The notes under the pieces were generated by a model. That model did no database searches. It was not told the origin of the DNA and worked only from the letters and a program-made list of their open reading frames with translations. This document shows positions 35,493-44,509 of a stretch of DNA of 49,636 nucleotides, piece by piece. The DNA is taken from the NCBI GenBank assembly GCA_043758185.1, contig JAYVNZ010000006.1:1-49636 (forward strand), read 5' to 3'. This DNA comes from Gemmatimonadaceae bacterium. GTDB lineage: Bacteria > Gemmatimonadota > Gemmatimonadetes > Gemmatimonadales > Gemmatimonadaceae. How positions within the stretch are numbered: position 1 is the first letter of the stretch; each line of letters begins with the position of its first letter. The position numbers and the translations under genes are program-made.

Positions 35493-35603
35493 AGCAGGTC
35501 CTTCGCTGCGCTCAGGACGACACGCGGGCGTTCATCCGAGAGCAGCTCCTGCGCCGCGCTCAGGACGACATTCGTGTGCTTCGCGGCGTGGAGGACGACG
35601 CGC
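35493..35603 (-). repeat. three diverged tandem units of the GTCGTCCTGAGCG-AGCGAAGGAC element
   Basis: Plus-strand units are AGCAGGTCCTTCGCTGCGCTCAGGACGACACG (35493-35524), AGCAGCTCCTGCGCCGCGCTCAGGACGACATTCG (35541-35574) and the degenerate GTGCTTCGCGGCGTGGAGGACGACGCGC (35575-35603). Confidence 0.85.
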
Positions 35604-35627
35604 ATTCGCTCCACACCCATGGAAGTC

Positions 35628-36140
35628 CTACTCGCCGAAATGCGGCTCATACGTTCCCTCCGAATCGTCCTGGAGGTGCAGGCGCTCGATGGTTCGCGCG
35701 CAGGTGTTCCAGCGGAGGATGGCATCGTCGTTCCCCGGCTTTCTCAGCTGCTCCGCACGCTCGAACGATGCCATGGCCGTGCGGAACAATCGCTCCGCAA
35801 TGGCATCGGCGTGCATGGCACCATGGGCCAGCTTTGTATGACCAAGCCGCTCATCGATGATGCCTGCGTAGTAGTGCTGCTGGTATTCGTCGGTAAGGCG
35901 GCCGCGTACCGCATGCGCGCGCTTCACCAGGTCGCTCGCCTCCGCACCGAACTGGTCGGTGAGCGACAGCAGGTACATCACGAGCACGGGTTGGTTGGCC
36001 GGATCGACCTCCAGTATGTCACGACAGATGCTTTCCGTTGCCCACGACTGGTTCAGCAGGCGATAGCGCTCGGCCTTCTGGATGGCGCGCGGAATGGCGT
36101 CGGCCGAGATGGTCTTGAGTTGCTGGATCGTTCTCTCCAT
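35628..36140 (-). CDS. hypothetical helical protein (170 aa) co-oriented directly downstream of sdhB
   Basis: ATG 36140 is preceded by GGAGG and lies 15 nt after the sdhB stop. Composition is balanced. No family recognised. Confidence 0.65.
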   Translation of the reverse strand: MERTIQQLKTISADAIPRAIQKAERYRLLNQSWATESICRDILEVDPANQPVLVMYLLSLTDQFGAEASDLVKRAHAVRGRLTDEYQQHYYAGIIDERLGHTKLAHGAMHADAIAERLFRTAMASFERAEQLRKPGNDDAILRWNTCARTIERLHLQDDSEGTYEPHFGE

Positions 36141-36155
36141 GATGCGCCTCCTGGC

Positions 36156-36995
36156 TCAGGCCTTTCGCGGACCGCGCACGAGCCGCACGAGCGCGCGGAG
36201 CGGATCGAAGTGCTGATCGACGACGCGCTCCTTGAGCGGAATGATCGCGTTGTCCGTGATGGTGATGTGCTCGGGACAGACCGTGGTGCAGCACTTGGTG
36301 ATGTTGCAATAGCCGATCCCGAAGTCCTCCTTCAGGGCGGTGGTGCGGTCCGCGATGTCGAGCGGGTGCATCTCGAGCGCCGCCGCATACACCAGGTAGC
36401 GCGGCCCGATGAACTCCTCGTGCTTGTGATGATCGCGGAGCACGTGGCAGACGTCCTGGCACAGGAAGCACTCGATGCACTTCCGGAATTCCTGCACGCG
36501 ATCGACGTCGCGCTGGTCGATGCGCCACGTACCATCGGGCGCATCGGGGGGTCGCGGCTTGAAGCGCGCGATGCGCGGCTTCACGCGAAAATTCCAGGAG
36601 ACGTCCGTCACGAGGTCGCGGACATGCGGGAACGCGCGCATGGGTTCGACGGTCACGGGTTCATTGGCCGGCAGGTCCTCCAGCCGAGTCATGCACATCA
36701 ACTTCGGCTTGCCGTTGATCTCGGCGGAACATGATCCGCACTTGCCTGCCTTGCAGTTCCAGCGCACGGCGAGGTCGTTGGCCTGGTCTGCCTGGATCTT
36801 GTGCACCGCGTCCAGCACGACCATGCCGTCGTTCGTCTCCGTGGTGTAGTCCTGGAATGCGCCGGTGCCGTCCGCTCCGCGCCAGATGCTGAACGTGCGC
36901 GCGCTGTGGCCCACTGCGGCATCCTGCGCGGACTGCGCCGCCGTATACGCATCCACGGCGCGGCCGCCAACATGGGATTCGAGCGGAGCGGTCAC
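36156..36995 (-). CDS. sdhB: succinate dehydrogenase/fumarate reductase iron-sulfur subunit
   Basis: Cys clusters are present: CKAGKCGSCSAEING..C, CIECFLCQDVC and CNITKCCTTVCP. The GTG start overlaps the sdhA stop (GTGA). Confidence 0.93.
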   Translation of the reverse strand: MTAPLESHVGGRAVDAYTAAQSAQDAAVGHSARTFSIWRGADGTGAFQDYTTETNDGMVVLDAVHKIQADQANDLAVRWNCKAGKCGSCSAEINGKPKLMCMTRLEDLPANEPVTVEPMRAFPHVRDLVTDVSWNFRVKPRIARFKPRPPDAPDGTWRIDQRDVDRVQEFRKCIECFLCQDVCHVLRDHHKHEEFIGPRYLVYAAALEMHPLDIADRTTALKEDFGIGYCNITKCCTTVCPEHITITDNAIIPLKERVVDQHFDPLRALVRLVRGPRKA

Positions 36996-38809
36996 GATTG
37001 CATCTCCTGGATGATGGCCTGGAGGTCGGCTGGCATGGGTGGAATCATCGCGCGCTCGAGCTGCATGCCGCCGTCGGCGCCCAGTCGCGTGACGTGATTG
37101 AACGTCGCAAATGTGGGATCCTTGTCCGGATAGTCATCGCGGAAATGGCCGCCGCGGCTCTCCTTGCGGGCGAGGGCGGAGCGCGCGATGGCTTCGGAGA
37201 TGATGAGCAGGTGTCGGAGGTCGAGCGCCGTGTGCCACCCCGGATTGTACTCGCGGTTGCCTGGTACGCCGACCTTGTCCGCCCGCTCCTTGAGCACCGC
37301 AATCTCGGAGAGCGCGCGCTCCATTTCGTCCTCGACACGCACGATGCCCACGTAATTCTGCATGGTGGTCTGCAACGACTCCTGTACCTGATAGGGGCCT
37401 TCCCCACCGCTGCCGCGCTCGAATGGCGCGAGGGCGCGCCGCGCGGACTCCTCGATCTGGGCGTCGTCGAGTGCGGAAGCAGCCTGGTCGCGCGCAAATG
37501 CCGCCGCGTACTGGCCAGCGCGCTTGCCGAAGACAAGGAGGTCGGACAGCGAGTTGCCGCCGAGCCTGTTGGCGCCGTGCAGGCCAGCCGCGCACTCGCC
37601 GCAGGCGAACAGCCCGGGGACCGTGGACATCTGGCTGTCGCCGTCCACGCGGATGCCGCCCATCACATAGTGCGTGGTGGGCCCGATCTCCATGGGCTCC
37701 TTCGTGATATCGATGCCGGCCAGCTGCATGAACTGGTGGTACATGCTCGGCAATTTCTTCTTGATGTGCTCGGACGCGTTGGGAAGTTTTTCCTTGATCC
37801 ACGAGATATCGAGGAACACGCCTCCGTGCGGCGAGCCGCGGCCTTCCTTCACCTCGCGCACGATCATGCGGGCCACATGGTCGCGCGTGAGGAGTTCCGG
37901 AGGGCGACGCGCATCCTTGTCGCCCTGCGTGTAGCGCCAGCCTTCCTCCTCGTTGTCGGCCGTCTGCGGCTTGTAGTTGTCGGGAATGTTGTCGAACATG
38001 AATCGCTTGCCGTCGCGGTTCCGCAGGACGCCCCCTTCACCGCGCACGCCTTCCGTCACAAGGATGCCACGCACGCTCGGCGGCCAGATCATGCCGGTGG
38101 GATGGAACTGCACGAACTCCATGTCCTGGAGTTCGGCACCGGCGAGGTAGGCGAGGGCCTGTCCGTCGCCCGTGTATTCCCAACTGTTGCTGGTGATGTT
38201 GTAGGCGCGGCCGATGCCGCCGGTGGCCATGACGACAGCCTTGGCGCGGAAGACCTTGAAGCGACCACGTTCGCGATCGTAGGCGAACGCACCGGCAATA
38301 CGGTCGCCGTCACGCAGCAGCGTGAGCACCGTGCACTCCATGTGCACGTCCATGCCTTCGTGGATACCATGATCCTGGAGGGTACGGATCATCTCGAGCC
38401 CCGTACGATCGCCAACGTGCGCGAGGCGCGGGTATCGATGACCGCCGAAGTTTCGCTGCAGGATGCGACCGTCGGGCGTGCGATCGAACAGCGCGCCCCA
38501 CGCTTCCAGTTCATTGACGCGTGCTGGCGCCTCCTGTGCATGGAGCTGTGCCATGCGCCAGTTGTTGACGTACTGTCCGCCGCGCATGGTGTCTGCGAAA
38601 TGGACGCGCCAGCTGTCGCGATCGTCCACGTTGCCCATTGCCGCTGCCACGCCGCCCTCGGCCATGACCGTGTGGGCCTTGCCGAGCAACGACTTGCAGA
38701 CGACGCCGACGGAGACACCGGTGGATGCCGCCTCGATGGCTGCGCGCAGGCCGGCGCCGCCCGCGCCGATGATGAGGACGTCGTGGTCTACGGTCTGGTA
38801 GTCAGTCAT
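36992..38809 (-). CDS. sdhA: succinate dehydrogenase/fumarate reductase flavoprotein subunit
   Basis: FAD-binding N-terminus (HDVLIIGAGGAGLRAAIEA), SLLGKAHTVMAEGG, HPTG and the C-terminal helical domain. 605 aa. Confidence 0.95.
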   Translation of the reverse strand: MTDYQTVDHDVLIIGAGGAGLRAAIEAASTGVSVGVVCKSLLGKAHTVMAEGGVAAAMGNVDDRDSWRVHFADTMRGGQYVNNWRMAQLHAQEAPARVNELEAWGALFDRTPDGRILQRNFGGHRYPRLAHVGDRTGLEMIRTLQDHGIHEGMDVHMECTVLTLLRDGDRIAGAFAYDRERGRFKVFRAKAVVMATGGIGRAYNITSNSWEYTGDGQALAYLAGAELQDMEFVQFHPTGMIWPPSVRGILVTEGVRGEGGVLRNRDGKRFMFDNIPDNYKPQTADNEEEGWRYTQGDKDARRPPELLTRDHVARMIVREVKEGRGSPHGGVFLDISWIKEKLPNASEHIKKKLPSMYHQFMQLAGIDITKEPMEIGPTTHYVMGGIRVDGDSQMSTVPGLFACGECAAGLHGANRLGGNSLSDLLVFGKRAGQYAAAFARDQAASALDDAQIEESARRALAPFERGSGGEGPYQVQESLQTTMQNYVGIVRVEDEMERALSEIAVLKERADKVGVPGNREYNPGWHTALDLRHLLIISEAIARSALARKESRGGHFRDDYPDKDPTFATFNHVTRLGADGGMQLERAMIPPMPADLQAIIQEMQS

Positions 38810-38831
38810 GGGTGCAGCCTGGGCGGGAAAA

Positions 38832-38910
38832 AGCAGGTCCTTCGCTTTGATGGAAGAGAGCAGGTCTTTCGCTTCGCTCAGGACGACAAGTGCTTCGCTC
38901 AGGACGACAA
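38832..38910 (-). repeat. GTCGTCCTGAGCG-AGCGAAGGAC element, 2.5 units, between sdhC and sdhA
   Basis: Plus strand reads AGCAGGTCCTTCGCTTTGATGGAAGAG AGCAGGTCTTTCGCTTCGCTCAGGACGACAAG TGCTTCGCTCAGGACGACAA. It lies 4 nt after the sdhC stop and 22 nt before the sdhA ATG. Confidence 0.9.
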
Positions 38911-38914
38911 GGCG

Positions 38915-39706
38915 TCATAGAATCCTCAAGTCGTGCCAGATGCCCATGGAGCAAAGGCGCACGTAGATGTCGGTAAAGGCAACCCAGAACAGGCTGGCCC
39001 ATGCCCAGTTCATGTGGCCGCGGTTGAGGCAGCTCACGCAGTCGTACGCCTTGCGGCGCACGGGGCGGCCGGCGAAGCGATCGAGGTAGCCGCCAACGAG
39101 GTGTCGCAGGGAATGACACCCGAGCGTGTAGCCACTCAGCAGGCACACGTTGATCGTGAGCACGAGTGAACCGACGCCAATGCCGAAGTGCTTCACCCCA
39201 CTCGCGTCAGCGAACGCGTAACCGCGAATGGCATCGAGGGCGAGGATGAACAGGAACAGCACTGCGGCGTAGAGGAAATAGCGGTGCACGTTCTGCAGGA
39301 TGAGCGGCAGGTGTCGCTCGCCGAGGTAGCTGTTGCGTGGCTCGCCTACGGAGCAGCCGGGCGGGTCGGCCCAGAACGCCTTGTAGTAGGTGCCGCGATA
39401 GTAGTAGCAGGTGAAGCGGAAGCCGGCGGGAAATGGCAAGATGAGCAGCGCCGGCGAGATGGGGGGCACGAACCACGGCGCCTTCGAGAACAGCGCGTGC
39501 GGCGAGGTTCCGACGATGAGCGGCGAGTAGAATGGCGAGAGGTACGGCCCGAATTCGAAGTGCGCGTTCTGGAACGCGGCCCACGTAGCGTAGGCGAGGA
39601 ACGAGCTGAGGATGACAAACGCGCCCACCTGCGGCACCCACCACGCATCGCGCCGCATCGTTTCGCCGAACTTTCGCCGTGTGAGCTGAACGACTTGCTG
39701 ACCCAT
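38915..39706 (-). CDS. sdhC: membrane anchor (cytochrome b-type) subunit of succinate dehydrogenase/fumarate reductase
   Basis: Polytopic membrane protein with conserved His residues, positioned first in the sdh gene order. The call rests mainly on context plus hydrophobicity. Start is ATG 39706, with GTG 39760 as an alternative. Confidence 0.7.
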   Translation of the reverse strand: MGQQVVQLTRRKFGETMRRDAWWVPQVGAFVILSSFLAYATWAAFQNAHFEFGPYLSPFYSPLIVGTSPHALFSKAPWFVPPISPALLILPFPAGFRFTCYYYRGTYYKAFWADPPGCSVGEPRNSYLGERHLPLILQNVHRYFLYAAVLFLFILALDAIRGYAFADASGVKHFGIGVGSLVLTINVCLLSGYTLGCHSLRHLVGGYLDRFAGRPVRRKAYDCVSCLNRGHMNWAWASLFWVAFTDIYVRLCSMGIWHDLRIL

Positions 39707-39777
39707 CGCGCGCGTCCCCGGAATTAGAGTGGCGCTAAGGTACGGGCGGCGCTGGGGCACGGGAAGAGCAACGAGGG

Positions 39778-39808
39778 AGCAGGTCCTTCGCTGCGCTCAG
39801 GACGACAG
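39778..39808 (-). repeat. GTCGTCCTGAGCG-AGCGAAGGAC element, single unit
   Basis: Plus strand reads AGCAGGTCCTTCGCTGCGCTCAGGACGACAG. It abuts the esterase stop (39811-39813) and lies upstream of sdhC. Confidence 0.9.
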
Positions 39809-39810
39809 GG

Positions 39811-41433
39811 TCACGGCACGGGGCGCAGGTATGGGGTCAGCGGGTTCGATGGGCCAAGCGAACGCAGCCCCTCGACAATCGACCTGGCATTCAGCTCAGC
39901 GCCGGCTGCACTCGAATGCAGGTTGGCGTCACCGAAGAGCGAGTCGACCGTTGCCATCGGCATCGTATCCATCTTCGACGACGCGATCTCCGTGAGATTC
40001 ACGAACGGTACGTGCTCGGCGCGCGCCGTCTCGTGCGCCCAGTCGGCGAAGCTGTTCCTGTTGCGGACAATCTTCCCGTCCTTCCAGAACTTGCGGGGCG
40101 TGAGCGAATTGATGATCGGTATTGCCCCCTTCGCGCGTACTTCGTTCACGAACTTCCGAATGTACCCGCCGAAGCTGTAGACCACCTCGCCCTTCTGCTT
40201 CGTGAGCAGGTTGTCGATGATTACGGAATCCGCGCCGATCCCGGGCAGCACACCCCGCGCCCGTGAGGTGTCGTTCACCGGGCTCGCGTCGTTGTGGCCG
40301 AACTCCAGCATCACGAGGTCGCCAGGCTTGAGCAGCGTGAGGACCTTGCTCCAATAGCCCTGAGTGATGAACGTGCGGGCGCTCAGTCCGCCGACGGCGC
40401 GATTGACGACGTTGATCTTCGTGGTGTCGAAGTACGGCGCGATGAAGTCGCCCCAGCCCCACTGGTTGCCCGCACCATCGCCACGACCGTTGCGCACCGT
40501 GGAATTGCCAACGAGATACAGCGTGGGCAGGTCGCGATTGGCTGGCCAGCCGAGTCCAAGACCCACCAGTTGATCGGCCGGCACCGTCGCGCCCTTTGCC
40601 GAGAGCCAGGCGCGCACCGGGCTCGGTCGCAGGGCCTTCAGCCCCGACACCACCGTTCTCGCGTGGACGTCTGCGCCGATGGCGTTGAAGTGCGTGTGGT
40701 CCTGCTCGTAGATCGACTTCACCCTGTCCTCGCCCATCGCCTGGAAGCGATCGGCCACGAGATTGGTGAGGTCGATGAACTGCACGCCGGCCGACTTGGC
40801 GATCTGCTGCGACCACAGGCTGTATCGCCCGGACCCGCGCTCGATCTGCCCGTTTGCCCAGATGTTGCGCACAGAGAGCGAGAGCACGATGGGCGTGGCA
40901 CCCTTCGCCTTCGTGTCGGCGATCATCTTCCGCATGTACCAGCCGAAGGAATGCACGACTTCATGCCGCTTCGTCAGCAGGTTGTCGATCGCGATGGAAT
41001 CGTCGCCCAGTCCGGGAATGGAGCCACGGGCGCGCGAGGTGTCGTTGATCGCGCCGGCATCGTTGTGGCCGAACTCGATGAGGACCACGTCGCCTGGCTT
41101 GAGGTCGGTGACGATCCTGTCCCACAAGCCTTCGGTGATGAAGGTGCGGCTGCTACGACCGCCGCGCGCTCGATTGGCGACGTTCACCTTCGTGGTGTCG
41201 AAGTAGTCCGCGAAGGGCACGCCCCATCCCTGCTGTCGTGCTCCCGCCCCGCGTGCCGCGGTGGAATTGCCGGCGATGAAGATGGAAGGGAGTGCCGGGT
41301 TGAGCGCGGAGGCGGGCGGCGCGGATCCCGCGGGGACGCCCCGCGAAGTTGGTGGTGTCGCGCAGGCGAGCGTGCCGGCGAGTGCCGCGAGCACAGCGGC
41401 GAACATCGAATGGCGTGCCTTCAAGCTGCCCAT
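39811..41433 (-). CDS. tandem-duplicated SGNH/GDSL hydrolase (rhamnogalacturonan acetylesterase-like), lipoprotein
   Basis: Two homologous halves are present (IFIAGNSTAARGAG...GHNDAG...DHTHFN and LYLVGNSTVRNGRG...GHNDAS...DANLHS). The N-terminus is MGSLKARHSMFAAVLAALAGTLAC. Confidence 0.85.
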   Translation of the reverse strand: MGSLKARHSMFAAVLAALAGTLACATPPTSRGVPAGSAPPASALNPALPSIFIAGNSTAARGAGARQQGWGVPFADYFDTTKVNVANRARGGRSSRTFITEGLWDRIVTDLKPGDVVLIEFGHNDAGAINDTSRARGSIPGLGDDSIAIDNLLTKRHEVVHSFGWYMRKMIADTKAKGATPIVLSLSVRNIWANGQIERGSGRYSLWSQQIAKSAGVQFIDLTNLVADRFQAMGEDRVKSIYEQDHTHFNAIGADVHARTVVSGLKALRPSPVRAWLSAKGATVPADQLVGLGLGWPANRDLPTLYLVGNSTVRNGRGDGAGNQWGWGDFIAPYFDTTKINVVNRAVGGLSARTFITQGYWSKVLTLLKPGDLVMLEFGHNDASPVNDTSRARGVLPGIGADSVIIDNLLTKQKGEVVYSFGGYIRKFVNEVRAKGAIPIINSLTPRKFWKDGKIVRNRNSFADWAHETARAEHVPFVNLTEIASSKMDTMPMATVDSLFGDANLHSSAAGAELNARSIVEGLRSLGPSNPLTPYLRPVP

Positions 41434-41452
41434 TCCGTCGAACACCCAGACA

Positions 41453-42208
41453 TCACGGATCCACCCCGATCTCCGCATACGTCTTCGCTACCCAGGCCTG
41501 GACGCCCTTCCGCGTGTAGACGTCCGGCTTCCGCGACTCGATCACCCCCGCAATCACCTCGGCCACTTCTTCGGCACTCTGCGAATCGGGAAACGATCGC
41601 GAATCGGGGCCACCATGCCGCGCATTGTTGCCGAAGTCCGTGCGCACGACACCCGGCGATACGATCGAGAACTGGATGCCGGGATGCGTCTCCTGGACCT
41701 CCATCCGGAAGTTCGCCGTCAGCGCATTCAGGAAATGCTTCGACGCACTGTACGCCGAGCGGATGAGCACCATCGGCATTCGCCCGAGCATCGATGAGAT
41801 GTTGATGACATGCCCAGACCCACGGGACTTGAAGTGCGGCAACACCTCCTGCATTCCATAGAGTGCGGACTTCACGTTCACCCGCATCACCTCGTCGATG
41901 TCGTCCTCCGTCAGATGGCTCGGCAAGGTGGTGATGCCCTGCCCCACGTTGTTGACCCAGACGTCGATGTGGCCGAACCGTGCGATGGCCTGCGCAACCA
42001 CGGCGCGCACGGACTCCCGGCTCGTCACGTCTGCCACGATCGGGAGTGCCTGCGCACCGCAGTGCGCGGCGACCTCGCGTAGCGCAGCCTCCCGCCGTGC
42101 CACGAGCACAAGTGAAGCGCCGCGCGACGCCAACAGCGCGGCGACCGCTGCGCCGATACCGCCGCTGGCGCCCGTAATGACAACCACGGTGTCCTTCATG
42201 TCGCTCAT
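41453..42208 (-). CDS. short-chain dehydrogenase/reductase (SDR)
   Basis: Has VVVITGASGGIGAAVA (TGxxxGxG), NNVG and YSASK (YxxxK). The ATG overlaps the upstream peptidase stop (ATGA). Confidence 0.9.
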   Translation of the reverse strand: MSDMKDTVVVITGASGGIGAAVAALLASRGASLVLVARREAALREVAAHCGAQALPIVADVTSRESVRAVVAQAIARFGHIDVWVNNVGQGITTLPSHLTEDDIDEVMRVNVKSALYGMQEVLPHFKSRGSGHVINISSMLGRMPMVLIRSAYSASKHFLNALTANFRMEVQETHPGIQFSIVSPGVVRTDFGNNARHGGPDSRSFPDSQSAEEVAEVIAGVIESRKPDVYTRKGVQAWVAKTYAEIGVDP

Positions 42209-44268
42209 GGCGTGACGGGTGCGAGGTACCTGTGCATCCAGCCGAACACCTCACGGTGCCAGCGACGGCTGTCGAGCGCGTTGAGGACCCAGTGGCCCTC
42301 GTTCTCGAACACGAGGCCTTCGGACGGCACGCCATTGCGGCGGAGAGCCGTGAAGAGCTGGAGGCCCTGGTCCACCGGGACGCGATAATCCAGCTCGTTG
42401 GTGATGACGAGCGTCGGCGTGCGGATCTTGTCGGCGGACAGGTGCGGAGAGCAACGCGCGAAGTTCTTCCGTGCCCGGGCCGTCCACGGCGCGCCGCCGA
42501 ACTCCCAATCGGAGAACCACAACTCCTCGGTGGCGAGCGACATCGACTCCAGGTTGAAGACGCCGTCGTGGGTCACCGCGGCCTTGAAGCGATTCGTGTG
42601 GCCGATGAGCCAGTTCACGGCGTAGCCGCCGTAACTCGCGCCGGCGACACCCATGCGCGATGCGTCAACGTTCGGCGATCTGGCTACCGCGTCGAAGACC
42701 GCGTCGTAGTCCGTCATCACCTTGCCGCACCAATCCTGCGAGATCTCGTCCACGAACTTCTGGCCGAAGCCAGTGGATCCGCGCGGGTTTGGTGCTGCGA
42801 CAATCCAGCCCTGCGCTGCCCAGAGCGACGGATTCCATCGGTTCGACCAGCTATCGGCCCAGTCGCCCTGTGGGCCACCGTGCAGCATGAAAACCACCGG
42901 ATATTTTTTCGACGCGTCGAAACCGGGCGGCGTGAGCAGCCAGTACTGCACGGTCGCGCCGGCGGCGCCGCGCACCGTCATGCTCCTCGGCTTCGGGAGG
43001 TCGACCGCCGCAAGCCATCCCGCGTTCTCGTTGGAAAGCTGCCGCGTGGTGCCATCGGCATTCACGCGATAGATATCCGCCGGCGCCACGAGCGACGACT
43101 TCGCGAACACGGCGTAGCCGTTGCCCGGCTGGAATGCACCCACCGCCCCGCCCTGCACGGCACGTACCGGCACGCCGCCCGACGTGGGCACCGTGTAGAG
43201 GTTCTGCGTGCCGTTGTTCGCGGCGGTGAACCAGATGGTGCGGCCGTCTGGCGAGAAATGAAAGTCGTCGACGGAGAGGTCTGGTGCCGTAAAGATCGTT
43301 CGCTTCGCGCCCGACGTCCTGTCGTATGCGTCGAGATACCAGCGGTCCGCCTCGAAGCCGGCGCGCCGCTGTGCGCGCACGACGAGCCAGCGGCCGTCGG
43401 GCGAGTACGTGGGCTGCATGTCTGCGGCGAGGTTGGCCGTGACTTTCGTCGCGGCACCGCCTGTCACCGGAACAGTCCACACCTCGTGATTGGTGGTCCA
43501 CATCTCCGAGTCCTTCGCGCCGCCACGCTTGGACACGAAGGCGAGTTCGCGACTGTCGGCCGAGAATGCGATCGCGCCGTCCTCGTAGTTGTGTGGAGGC
43601 GAGTCGAAGTCGCCGGGCGTGACGTCGCGCGTGTCGCCCGACGCGATGTCCGTGACGAAGACGTGATGCCGCACCGATTCCCACCAGTCGGACCAGTGGC
43701 GGAAGGGCAACCGCGTGAGCGTATGCACCTTCACCGGGTCCTTCTCTGCCGAATCGCTCATGCGTGCGTTGCACGTCTCGTCGGCGCATGCGGGGTAAAC
43801 GTCGGAGACGAATGCCGCGCGGCGCCCGTCGGGCGAGATGACGAGCGGGCCCTGTGCTCCGGCTGCCAGGTGCGTGATCGCCCTGACGTTGCCGCCATCG
43901 GCATCGGCGACGTAGACCTGTGTCGCGCCGTCGCGGGACGACATGAATGCAACGCCACCATTCGGCAGGAATCGCGGCGTATCGTCGGCCTTCGGCCCGC
44001 CGAGGAAGAGGTGCGGCGATGCCGAGCCGTCGGACGGCACCGTCCAGATGTCGGCATTGCGCCGTCCGGATGCCGGGTCGGTTGTCGTGCGGGTGAAGAG
44101 CACGCGCCGGCCGTCGGGGGAGAGTTGCGGATCACCCACGCGCACGGCTGCAAGGAGGTTCTCGACGGTCATCGGGCGCTTTGCTTGCGCGCCGACGACC
44201 GTAGGGGGCACGAGCACGGCGCCAACAGCAAGAAACCGGACGGCCGAGCGGAGAACGGTGCGTGTCAT
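42205..44268 (-). CDS. S9-family serine peptidase (beta-propeller + alpha/beta-hydrolase; acylaminoacyl/dipeptidyl peptidase-like)
   Basis: Has a signal peptide, TolB-like propeller repeats (SPDGRR..., FSPDGR...), the nucleophile motif GASYGGY, and the C-terminal ELDYRVP and NEGHW. Confidence 0.9.
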   Translation of the reverse strand: MTRTVLRSAVRFLAVGAVLVPPTVVGAQAKRPMTVENLLAAVRVGDPQLSPDGRRVLFTRTTTDPASGRRNADIWTVPSDGSASPHLFLGGPKADDTPRFLPNGGVAFMSSRDGATQVYVADADGGNVRAITHLAAGAQGPLVISPDGRRAAFVSDVYPACADETCNARMSDSAEKDPVKVHTLTRLPFRHWSDWWESVRHHVFVTDIASGDTRDVTPGDFDSPPHNYEDGAIAFSADSRELAFVSKRGGAKDSEMWTTNHEVWTVPVTGGAATKVTANLAADMQPTYSPDGRWLVVRAQRRAGFEADRWYLDAYDRTSGAKRTIFTAPDLSVDDFHFSPDGRTIWFTAANNGTQNLYTVPTSGGVPVRAVQGGAVGAFQPGNGYAVFAKSSLVAPADIYRVNADGTTRQLSNENAGWLAAVDLPKPRSMTVRGAAGATVQYWLLTPPGFDASKKYPVVFMLHGGPQGDWADSWSNRWNPSLWAAQGWIVAAPNPRGSTGFGQKFVDEISQDWCGKVMTDYDAVFDAVARSPNVDASRMGVAGASYGGYAVNWLIGHTNRFKAAVTHDGVFNLESMSLATEELWFSDWEFGGAPWTARARKNFARCSPHLSADKIRTPTLVITNELDYRVPVDQGLQLFTALRRNGVPSEGLVFENEGHWVLNALDSRRWHREVFGWMHRYLAPVTP

Positions 44269-44509
44269 AGGCGTGGGGTTGGCGGGGAGTGAAAGCTAAC
44301 GCGGAGCAATGCTCATGGTGCCGCTCGGCGCCTGGACCCGACTCCGTGGCCGGGAAGACTTGATGTCTCGGCGCCCCGCATGTCGATTCTCTTCGAGCGA
44401 CATCTCGACAGTAAGGTGGGCTCAATGTCCGGACATCCTGGCTCTCTGATGACCGCCGACTGTCGTCGCCATTCTGTCGTTTCCGACAACCGCGAGTTCG
44501 ACGTCCGAG

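Noticed and set aside
36998-38920. 640-aa plus-strand ORF opposite sdhA
   Set aside because: It is antisense to an unambiguous flavoprotein gene. Its composition is Arg/His/Ala-rich with low complexity and no recognisable domain.
42232-44292. 686-aa plus-strand ORF opposite the S9 peptidase
   Set aside because: The same reasoning applies. The peptidase frame carries the GASYGGY nucleophile and propeller repeats, while the antisense frame is Arg-rich.
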